Assembly: GCA_964395625.1 (NCBI GenBank)
Contig: CAYNAR010000004.1
Coordinates: forward strand, 8,310-72,309
Reading direction: 5' to 3'
DNA: 64,000 bases
From: an uncultured Gammaproteobacteria bacterium
GTDB lineage: Bacteria; Patescibacteriota; Patescibacteriia; Patescibacteriales; WJLG01
The translations under genes were made by a program, and so were the position numbers. Below, piece by piece: positions 50,487-62,400 of the stretch; positions within the stretch are counted from its first letter, which is position 1; each line of letters begins with the position of its first letter. The notes below the pieces were generated by a model. That model made no database searches. It saw only the letters and a list, made by a program, of their open reading frames with translations, and was not told the DNA's origin.

Positions 50487-53400
50487 ATGAAGGAGAAAAT
50501 AATCAGCTTGCTAAAGCGCAAATTTATCGTACCGATTTTGTTTATCGGTGTGTTTTTTGTTGTCTTTTTATCCTTCTCTAAATTTTCCGGCGCCTCTTTC
50601 TTTTCCTGGATTCAGTCCTTCTGGCGCGGCGAGGCTACGTCCACTATCGCCGTCTATCCGGCTGACGATAACAATTGGGCGCATTATACTTCATTATCTA
50701 ATGTTTCCACCTCTTCCGCTATCGCCACTTCCGGCTTAGTGGCCTATTGGAATTTTGAGAACAGTGTTAACGATCAAATAGGTTCCAATAATGGTGTTGT
50801 CTTCGGTTCGCCGGCCTATGCTTCCAGCTCCATCGCCACCGGTGATGCTTTGAATTTTGACGGCAACGACGATTATGTGGAGTTGGCAGATGATGATGTT
50901 TTAGATTTTGAAAATAATTTCACCGTCAGTGCTTGGGTTAAGAAAGGGGAGGATAATAAATTTCAAGGAATTATCGATAAAGGCGTTTATTCTTTGTCGA
51001 TACTAGAGGATGATAGAGCCTATTTTCAAATAAGCGATGGCTCCGGAAGCTTCATCAGTCTTGGCACTCCTCCGACGGGAAATATCTTTACTATAACTTC
51101 TTACAATAATCAGCTCTATGCAAATAACAATAATGGACAAGTCTATCGTTATAACGGCGACTCGACTTGGACAAGTGTAGGAACTCCTGGCGGTGTCGGT
51201 AATGACCTTTTTAATTTAGTTGTTTTTTTTGGCAAACTTTATGCCGCCGGCGAGGGTAGTAATAAAATTTATCGGTATGACGGTGGAACGAATTGGGTTA
51301 ATGTCGGAGAATTGATAAGTGCGAATAGAGTCAGGTCTTTGCAGGTGTACGAAGGGGGGATTTATCTTGCTGGAAGCTATAGTTTTAACACTGGTTATGT
51401 CTCTCGCTATAATCCTGATAATAAAAATGTCAGCCTCGGCTCTCTTGGTGGTACAGTGAATGCCCTCACGACTTTTGATGGTTCGTTATATGCCGGAGTC
51501 GCAGAGAGTGGAATAGTCTATCGGTATGACGGTGGAACAACTTGGACAAGTATTGGCGCTCTAAATACAACATCATCATCTCCTTATCCGACCAGCATGG
51601 CTGTTTATGATGATACGATGTTCTCTAGTGAATGGTACGATGCAGAGGTCTATAGGTATGATGGCGGGACGACATGGAGTGAGGTTTGGGCTACTACTAC
51701 GACTGATATTCGTACGATCGCCGTCTATAATGGAGATTTAATTGGTGCCGCTACTGATGGTCGCCTTTATCGTTATAATGGTCCTATGGATTGGGCGCCT
51801 TTGGGCGATATCGGAGCTGTCTCTAATGTTCGCGGTCTCTACGCTTATGATGGAAAGTTGATACTTGGCACCAACGCTGGAGCGTATTCCTATGGCAACG
51901 GCAAGGGTATTGGCACCGAGTTGGAAATAGGCGATTCTTTAGTTAATTTAGTAGCCACTTACGATGGCTCAGAAATGAAGTTGTATGTTGACGGAGTTCT
52001 TTCCACTTCCACCTCTGTAAGTTTGATAGTCGCTTCAAATACTAAAGAATTATTAATAGGAAAGAGTTTTGGCTCTAGAAAAGGTGGCTATTCGTCGTCT
52101 GGCGAAGAGAATTTTCGCGGTTTAATCGACGAAGTTCGTATCTATAATCGTGCCCTCTCTTATGAAGAGATTAAAAATAACTACCGCGCCGAGAAGTATG
52201 GCCAAGACAGGATTTTCTTGAATATCGCCACAACCTCCGTCACCGAAACTTCGGATGCAGATTTTGACGGCACTGCCGACAATGCTGCCATATTCAATAA
52301 TGCCATTCGTCTAGCTTCCTCTTCCGGCTATTACGCTACCGGCACCTACACCTCTCTGGCAATCGAGATACCCAACACCGACTATCTCTCCGCCACTTGG
52401 AGCTCCACCACTCCGGCCTCCACCTCCATTTCCGTCAAATTCCGCACCGCCTCCACCTCCGATATGGCCGGCGCCACCGCCTGGTCCTTCTGCTACGAGT
52501 ATTGGAACGGCTACGACATCTCCAACTCCTCCTGCGTCATCGACGGACAGCGCTATCTGCAATACCAGATCGGACTCTATACGGATATTTCTACCTCCAC
52601 CCCGGAACTTACCGACATCACCGTTAATTACGGCAATTATAATACCACTGGAAACGTCGTTTCCTCTGTTTTCGATTTCGGCAACGACAGCTATTTCCTC
52701 GACAGCCTGGGCTGGCACGAATCCATCTTCCCCAACGCCTCCGTCTCCGCCTCCGTCCGTACCGCCGGCACCTCCGGCGGCGTCTCTTCCGCCTCCTGGA
52801 ACGACGTCACCAGGAACAACTGCGACATCTCCTCCTATATCGCCACTTGCGCTTCCACCACCCTCGACTCGTCCGTCAAGGACGGCTCCAACGACCGCTA
52901 CGCCCAATACAGGATCAACCTCACCAGCGACGGCGCCTATACTCCGATCGTCTCCCAGTTCACTCTGACCGGCACCGACGGATTGGAGACTATCGCCAGT
53001 CCGACCCCTATCTATCGCAGTGTCGGCGTAGGAGGGGAGAACGAGATCGCCTCCGGCTCGGTTGCGACCCTTCTGACTATCGATGCCTTGGGCAATGCTA
53101 CTTTCTCCGGCACAACGATACCGGATAGAGTTGGTGTCGGCGATGCCATAGTTTATGACACTGACAACTCCAATACCATTACTGCGGCCGACGATATCGT
53201 CTTTATTCATAGTCGCTCCTCATCTACCGCTTATACCGTCAAAACACAATACGGCGTCGACACAGCAACCACAACAACCGCCAACGACACTTGGGCCATC
53301 TATCGTGCCTATATTTCTTTGGTTGCCATGGCAGCCTCCGTGAATAATTTAAGCATACTACCGTCTTATGATGATTGGTCTGATACTCGTGACTTGGCCG

Positions 53401-56400
53401 CTAATAACGAAATTTGGAATATAGCATGTTACGGAGGTAGTGGTGCGGATAATAATTATGCCATTTTCGACTGGAACACCGACATCGACAACTATTTTAA
53501 AATATACACCCCATATCTTCCGTCTGAAGTCGGTATATCGCAGCGCCATAATGGTTTAATGGATTTTAGTAAGTATTACAGGACTGACTATTTGCGAATC
53601 GACTCTTCTCGCGCCGTTGTCGACGGATTACAGATAGATTGGACCGGTGGCGGTAACGGCATCTGGTTTAACGGCAGTCAAGTCGATGGCGGGGTTGTGG
53701 TTTCTAATAATATTATCGCTAATAATTATGCAGGTGGTTCTTATATCGCCGGTGTTTACATAAGCGGAGCCGGCGGAGGCGCTATTCATAAAGTCTATAA
53801 CAATATTGTTTACGGATATAATCAGACCAATCAGAATGGAATTTTGGTCGAGGACTCGGTTAGTGCGATCGGGTACGTTTATAATAATACCGTCATCGAC
53901 TGTTATCGCGGATTGAATAATGGCGCTACAACGCTTATTGCCAAGAATAATATATTGTATAGAAATTCAGATGATTTTTATGGCAGTAGTGTAGGGGCAT
54001 CTTCGACGAATAATGCTTTTTTCGAGGCAGGTCCTGGGTATAATGATGTCGATATTTCCGCTTATGCCTCGACTTCGTTATTCATCGATCCAACTAACAA
54101 GGATTTTCGTCTAAGAGGTGATTCGCCAGTCGTTAGTCAGGGCGCTAATCTATCAGCCGATCGTTATTTGGTTTTTAATTCGGATATTCAGGGTGAATTT
54201 CGCGCTAGTTCTTCAGCCTGGGATATCGGTGCCGATGAGTATTACGATACTTATGCGCCGACCGTCACTACCTTTATAATTCCTTCCGTCTCGAGCTCTA
54301 CTAATATATATATAAACTCCTTTACCGCTAGTGACGATTCTGGAGTCACTGGATATCTTATTAATGAATCGGCTTCCACCCCATCTTTATCCGACTCAAA
54401 ATGGGAGACGTCAGCAACTACCACTTATTCCTTTGTCACTGCCGGTAATAAGACTATCTATGCTTGGGTGCGCGATGCGGCTGGCAATATATCGTCTTAT
54501 GCTTCTAGTAGTGTTTTGATAGATGTTTTTGTTCCAGTGATATCTAGTTTTGTAATTCCTTCCTTAGCTAGTTCGACTACTATCTCGATAAATAATTTTA
54601 TCGCCAAGGATAATTATAATTGGAGTAATGTCTATACCGCTCCGGTTGCCACTAGCACTTGGAGGTCTTTGGATGTATCCGCTGATGGGTCTACTATTGT
54701 GGGGGTTTTATTAGGCGATAATTATGAAGGTCGCGTTTATAGGTCCATTGATTCCGGAGTTAATTGGTCAGAGCTTCGTCCTGATGGTGATATAGACAGA
54801 GACTGGACGACTATTTCTGTTTCTGATGATGGCTCAACTATTATTGTTGGGGCTTGGACTAATAGCGATGTTTATCTTTCCACTACTTCCGGTGAGATTT
54901 GGGCTCTAGTGGACAGCGGTAATTATGGACCCATCTCAGCTATCTCGTCGGATGGTTCTGTTATCGCCTTCGGTAAGTATATGGGTCAAGTGGTAGTATC
55001 AACGGATAATGGTTCTTCTTGGTCTTCGAATTCAGGCTTCATGGGGTATATGACTTTCCTTGATATGTCTGATGACGGTTCTGTCATTGTGGCCGGCTCT
55101 GAAAATTATTATGATGGAAGGATTCTTATTTCTACGACTTCGGGGGACTCTTGGGCACAGCTTTATCCTGGTGGTAATGGTAGTCGAGATTGGATTAACT
55201 TATCCGTCTCCGGTGATGGTACGACTATTGTTACCGGTATAGTTTCTGACGATGATTTATTTATTTCTCGCGATGTTGGAAAAACTTGGTCGACAATCAC
55301 GCCAGTCACTCCTTTCTCCGGGTCTTGGTCTCGGTCGGAAATATCCATAGATGGCTCCAAGATTATTATCGGCGATAGTGATGGCAATACTTATGAATCC
55401 AATGACTCAGGCGTCACGTGGGCGAAGATTTCGTCCGATTGTGGCATAATAAAATTGTTATCCGACGAGTCCGTATTTTTCTCCGCATCCTCCAGCAATG
55501 AAGTCTTTTACGGTGCCAGCAGTACTGCCGCTATTTTTGCCTATATTATCACTGAAAATAGTTCTATCCCGTCTTTATCTGATAGCCGTTGGGAGAGCGT
55601 TCCGACTTCGACTTATGTTTTTTCTTCCAGCGGACAGAAAATTTTGTATGCTTGGGCTCGCGATACTGTTGGAAATATTTCCGATAGCTTTTCCGATAAC
55701 GTTTTAATTGATATCGCATCTCCGGTTATATCTTCCTTTGTCGTTCCAGCTTTTTCTCCTTCGACAAGCGTAGAAATAACCGAGCTCAGAGCAACTGATG
55801 ATAATAGCAGTATTTTTTGGTCTGAAGTCCAGCCAGCCGGCAATAATGATTTTAACTGGAATATATCGGCATCTTTCGATGGGTCGATCGTGCTCGCCGG
55901 CAACAGCGATTATTCCGGATTAATCAACGGCCTTTATATTTCTACAACCACCGTAGCGGCTTGGTCGGAGATTTATCCGGCTACTGGAACTGGTTTTAGT
56001 TGGATACCTTTCGTTTCAGCCAGTGGATCTGTTTTAATGGTTTCCGGAAGTAATTATTCAAGTTCGACAGGTCGTCTTTATATGTCCACAACTACCGGGC
56101 GTACTTGGGCTGAAGTCCGTCCGGCTGGCGATGATGATTTTGTTTGGTATTCCTCACTTTCTTCCGATGGCTCGATTATATTGGCGGAAAATTCCAACCT
56201 CATCGATTATGCCGGCAGTCTTTTTATATCTACTACTACCGGACGCACTTGGGTGGATATTAGTCCTGTTACGGGAGTCGAGCTAAATTGGTATTCCTCG
56301 GTTTCGGCTAATGGTGCTGTTATAATGGCTGCTAGCAGTAATTATTCCAGTTCGACAGGTCGTCTTTATATATCTACGACTACCGGTAATATTTGGTCGG

Positions 56401-59400
56401 AGGTTCGCCCGGCCGGTGATTTTGACTTTGTCTGGGGAGTTTCTGTCTCGGCTGATGGTTCAGTTATTTTCGCTGTTAGTAGTGATTTTAGTAGTTATAA
56501 TGGGCGCATTTATAAATCTACCGACACCGGACGTACTTGGACCGAAGTCCGGCCAGCCGGTGATTTCGATTTTAATTGGGGTCCTGTGGAAATATCATCA
56601 GATGGATCGGTGGTTATTGCCGGTATTTATAGCGGGTTGTCTTACATTTCTCACGATGGCGGTGTTAATTGGCAGGTTGTAAGTCTTAATGGTGGTATCT
56701 ATGGTTTCTCTGGAGCCTCGATAGTTGATAATGAATATGATTCTAAAATCTTTTTAGGTTATGGCGCTAGAATGTACTATGGTTCTGTGTTTAAATACTT
56801 CCTTTCCGAATCTCCGACAACTCCTTCTATCTATGATGCCGCTTGGCAAATTGGCGCTCCGGCTTCGTATGCTTTTTCGTCATCCGGAGAAAAAGAGCTT
56901 TATGTTTGGGCTATGGATAATGCCAAAATCATTTCTTTGATGTCATTCGCCAGCACTACAATTGACGATACTTTACCGGTGGTGACCGCTTTTGAAATTC
57001 CGTCTGTCAATGGTTCTTTGACCGTTCCGATATCTACCTTCACCGCTTCTGATGACAACGCCGTTGTCGGTTATATCGTTACCAATACCGCTTCCACTCC
57101 GGCTTTGTCTGATTTGGCTTGGGAGGCGAGTGCTACCACTACCTATACTTTTGCCACCCCCGGAAGCAAAACTCTTTATGCTTGGGTTCGCGACGAGGCT
57201 GGCAATATTTCCACTTCCCTTAGCGATACTGTATTCATCGATGCGATCGCTCCTGTTATCTATGGTATTGCCACTTCTTCCATTAGCACTTCCACGGTTG
57301 TTATTGTTTGGGAAACAGACGAGTTATCCAGCTCCACCGTCCGTTATGGAACATCGACTAATTATTATTTCGCTTCATCTTCTGATATTTTGATCGCCTC
57401 TCATACTATCAGTATCAAGAATTTAATTGGTAGTACTACTTATCATTTCCGCGTTGAATCCACCGACCAATATGGCAACAGGGCAACTTCATCGGATCAC
57501 GCTTTTGTCACTGGCAATTATCACGCCCCGACCCAAATTTATCGTTCTGTGGGTGTGGGAGGAGCAAATGAAATCGCTTCCGGTACGGCTACAGCTCTTT
57601 TGACTATTGATATCGACGGCAATGCCACATTCTCCGGTATACAAATGCCAAATAGGGTTGGTGTTGGCGATGCCATAGTCTATGACACTGATAATAGCAA
57701 TACTATTACTACCGCTGATGACATTGTCTTTATTCATGGTCGTTCATCTTCAACCGCCTACACCGTGAAAAATCAGACTGGTGCTAACACAGCCACAACT
57801 ACAACTGCTAACGATACTTGGTTCGTTTATCGTGCTTACACCTCTCTGTTAAATGCTGAGGCTTCGACCAACAATACTTCTATTGTTCCAAGTTATGATT
57901 CTTGGAGTAATGGTAGGGATATTTCTGCCCAGACCGGCTTCAATGAGATTTGGAATATTGCTTGCTATGGCGACGCATTCGATACTTCACTGGTAACTAT
58001 AGATGGTTGGACTACTCATGGAGCTAATTATCTAAGAATATACACCCCAACTTCGACTTCTGAAGTTGGTGTTAGTCAAAGACATAGCGGAGTAATGGAT
58101 CCTAATGCTTATACTTTGTCAGTAAATAATACTGGAGCGACAATTATTTACGCAGATCATGTCAGGATTGACGGGTTGCAGATAATTATAAGCGGAACAG
58201 GTTTTGATAGTAAATCTTTTTATATCAAGGGGCGCGGCCCGAGTAATGAGTATTATGTTTCCAATAATATTTTGAAAGGCGCTGGACCTTTGGCTGGTAA
58301 TTGGAATGATGGCGTTATGGTCGACTGGAACGCTCCAGGAAGGGGAACGGCGAGAGTTTGGAATAATATAATTTATAATTTTAACAGAACAGCCGGTAAT
58401 GGCTTCGGTATTCATTTGGAGAATAGTTTGTATACTTATTATGTTTATAATAATACGGTGTATAAAAATTATTATGGTATTCAAAGAGGTGGTGGAGTGG
58501 TTATAGCGAAAAATAATTTATCATTCCAAAATATTGACGATTATGCCATTAATAATCACGCTTCTTCCACTAACAACGCTTATTCCGAAGGCTCCGCTCC
58601 GGCATCGAATTCTTTGAATATTTCCGCCTACGCTTCCACTAGTATTTTTGTTGATCCGGCCAACGAGGACTTCCGCATAAGAGGTGGTTCTCCGGTTATT
58701 GACCAAGGTGCTAATTTGTCGGCTGATAGATATTGGCCTTTCGCTTATGATATCGAGAAACAGGCAAGACCAAACGGTAGTGCTTGGGATATCGGCGCGG
58801 ACGAATATTATGATTTTTCCGCTCCTACTGTTACAGCTTTTGTCATTCCTTCCGTGTCCTCATCGACGAGCGTTCGTATAAATTCTTTCACGGCTTCAGA
58901 TGATAGCGCGGTGACCGGTTATATTGTCACAGAAAACTTCACCACTCCTTCTTTGTCTGATGCAAGATGGGAGTCTTCGGCTACGACGACTTATAGATTT
59001 GTTTTGCTTGGCGGAAGAACTCTTTACGCTTATGCACGCGACGCGGCCGGCAATGTTTCAGCTTATGCTTCGAGTAGTGTTTTGTTGGACAATTCAGCCC
59101 CATTAGTCCTTAGTTTTGATATAGCTCCGTGGTTTTCCAGTTCAACTTCGATTTCGTTGGCATCTTTTCTTGGAGTAGATGCTTATAGCTGGACAGAGGT
59201 TCAACCGGCCGGGGATTTTGATTTTACTTGGCTTGGCGGTGCGATGTCGGCCGATGGCTCTGTCGCTATAGCCGGTGTCTTTGATGGGCGCTTGTATATT
59301 TCTACGACTACGGGCGCTTCTTGGTCGGAAGTTCGTCCGGCCGGAGACACCAATCAATATTGGCGTTCCTTTGACTCTTCTCCTGGTGGAACAACTCTTT

Positions 59401-62400
59401 ATGTCGGTTCTATTGGTAGGCTTTATATCTCTACGACAACTGGCAGGGTCTGGTCGGAATTGCGTCCGGCCGGTGATGTTGATAGGGATTGGAATGCGGT
59501 TTCAGCTTCTGATGATGGTTCTATAGTGGTCGCTGGAGCCTGGACCGAAGATGAGCTTTATCTCTCTGCTGATTATGGAAATAATTGGTCGCTAGTTGAT
59601 CCTGGTGCTGGTTATGGCTGGAGAGGGGCGGAAGTTTCCACCGACGGCTCAACGATTTTTGTTGCAAACACTCTTAACCTTTTCGTATCCACGAGTTCCG
59701 GAGCATCTTGGAAAGAATTGATTCCTGATCCTTATGTTCAAGATGAATGGTATGATATAGCAATGTCTGATGATGGTTCTATTATGACGGCCAGAAATGG
59801 AAGTAATCTATACATTTCGACTTCTACTGGAAAAAATTGGAAATTTGTCGGTTCTTTAAATCCTTTTTTTGCTGGTAACGTTGTTTCCGGAGATGGTCGG
59901 ACCATTGCGGTGCACGATCTTTTTTCTATTGATTACGGTAAAAATTGGTTTGGTCTAGATGGAGATAGCTTCGGTCTTCATCATGCGATTTCATATGACG
60001 GAAAAATAATTTTAGATGGTTCGATGTGGGGAGGTACTAGACTTTATGTTGGTGCCATGGGTCCTGAAGGGGCGTTGCTTAATTACATTGTGACAGAGAG
60101 TTCTTCCACTCCTTCTAAAATTGACTCCAGATGGGAGTCGTCCGCTACCACAACCTATGTTTTTTCTTCATCTGGCAACAAAACTCTTTATCCATGGATA
60201 CGCGATGCGGCCGGCAATATTTCTCAAGAGCCACCGCTTGGGGATAGTGTTTTGATTGACATAGTAAGTCCAAGTATAATCTCTTTCACCGTTCCATCCG
60301 TTTCCACATCGACGACCGTGGGTATAAATCAGCTGCAAGCCTCCGATGATAATATAGTTGTTCATTGGTCGGATATTTTGCAAGGCACAACTACTAATTC
60401 TGGTTGGGATTCTGTTAAAATTTCATCGGATGGCTCTACCTTGATAGCCGGATTAAGATATGATCATTTTTTTGTTTCTACCACTTCTGGTGTTAATTGG
60501 GCAGAGAGAAATCCTTCTGGTGTTAAGGGGGGAGAGTGGGTTGGTACAGCTTTGTCGGCTGATGGTTCTGTGATAATAGCCGGTGATTATGGTGGTCGGC
60601 TTTATCTTTCCACTTCTTCTGGTGAAAGTTGGTTAGAGGTTCGTCCAGCTGGTGATGTTAATGCAAATTGGGGCGAAGCGTCGGTATCGGCCGACGGTTC
60701 AAGAATTGCCGTTGGTGCGAACGGCGGTCGCCTGTATTTGTCGTCAAATTATGGCAAAAATTGGTCAGAATTTCAACCTAGCGGTGATAGCAATAGGGCT
60801 TGGCATTGTTTGGATATGTCGGCCGATGGCTCAGTTATTCTTGCCGGTGTTTATAGTGGTCGTCTTTATCGTTCCACAACTTCAGGTGCGACTTGGCAGG
60901 AAACTCAACCATTAGGCAATTCTAATCGCGGTTGGGATTTTTGTTTTGTGTCATCTGACGGCTCTAATGTTTTTGCCGGTGCGTCTAATAATTTTATTTA
61001 TCGTTCACAGAATTTTGGTGCCACATGGACGGAGGTGCCGACGGAAAATCCACCCAGCATTTCAACCTGGAATGAACTGGCGGTTTCTTCCGATGCTTCC
61101 ACTATCGCTGTCAGCGTTCCGACTGGAGATGTTTATCGTTCCACTGACTTTGGCGTTTCTTGGACTATTGCTCGACCATTTGCTTTCCCTCTTGCCTCTA
61201 TTGATGTCAGTTACTTAGCGTTGTCCGCTGATGGTTCAAAATTGTTGGTTGGTAATTCCGATTATCTTTATGAAGCTGACTATAGGTTTAAATATCTTTT
61301 AAACGAGTCCGCTTCCACTCCATCTATCTATGATTCTGCTTGGCAGATCGGCGCCCCGGCTTCTTACGCCTTTTCATCTGATGGAACAAAGACTCTTTAC
61401 GCTTGGGCCATGGACAACGCTAAGAATGTTTCTCTAATGGCCTCTGCCAGTACTACGATTGATAATATTATTCCAACCGTAGACACTTTTACTATTCCAT
61501 TTCTAGCAAGCTCTACTACGGTTGAGATTACATCTTTTACTGCTTCCGACGATAACGCTGTAACGGGATATATAATCACCAACACTGCCGCTGTTCCATC
61601 TTTATCTGATTCGGCTTGGGAGGCGAGTGCCACCACATCGTATACCTTCGCTACCCCTGGCAGTAAGACTCTTTATGCTTGGGTTCGAGATGTCGTCGGC
61701 AACATCTCCACTTCATTATCCGATACCGTTATTATTGATATAACAGCTCCCGTGATATCGGATATTGCCACTAGCACTGGTATTAGTACGACTACTATTA
61801 CTTGGAATACTGATGATAATTCCGATTCTGTAGTATATTACGGAACCACCACAAGCTACGGACTAGTTTTCAGTTCTAGTGCTACCACGACCAGCCATTC
61901 TATTAATCTCTCTGGTCTGAATCCATACACCACTTATCATTTCCAAGTGGAAGCTACAGATGAATACGGCAATACTTCCACCAGCTCAGATTTAACCTTT
62001 ACCACCACCGGCGGAGAGGCGCCGACCATAACTTCCTTTGTTGTTCCGTCGGTGTCAGCTTCTACCACCATCGCGATTACATCGTTTATTGCTACTGATG
62101 ATTATGGTGTTGCCGGTTATTTAATTAATGAATCAGCCGCTACCCCGAATCTTTCTAATTCCAGATGGGAAACAACCCCAACATCTACTTATACATTCAC
62201 TCTTTCCGGTGCCAGAGTTCTTTATGCTTGGGCAAAGGATGCTATTGGTAATATCTCTAATTATGCTTCAAGCAGTGTTGTTGTTGATGTTACGGCTCCT
62301 ATTTTGTCGGGTTTTTCAATTCCATCTCTTTCAAGCTCTACCACTGTTTATTTGAGTTCTTTGTCGGCCGACGATCCTAATGTGTGGCCAGAGGTTCAGC

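Noticed and set aside
50345-50581. 78-aa ORF (and the similar 41395..41586) in AT-rich spacers
   Set aside because: Both are Phe/Ile/Leu/Cys-rich translations of T-rich intergenic DNA. 50345..50581 starts inside the DnaA-box-like motif and overlaps the ORF3 start in another frame. There is no supporting signal.
51223-51230. T8 homopolymer in the 5' part of ORF3 as a phase-variation switch
   Set aside because: It is only 8 nt and encodes Phe-Phe within a normal-looking strand ('LVVFFGKLYA'). Comparable A7/T7 runs occur elsewhere, for example at 3364-3380. Without population data it is not distinguishable from AT-rich background.
52311-53210. 299-aa minus-strand ORF, the longest non-giant ORF in the last 14 kb
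   Set aside because: It lies antisense to the GC-rich island of ORF3. Its translation is Gly/Asp/Val/Ala low-complexity ('GGGGAEFDGNGGGGRSGGAPSGG'), and the sense frame encodes coherent domains. It is a compositional shadow ORF.
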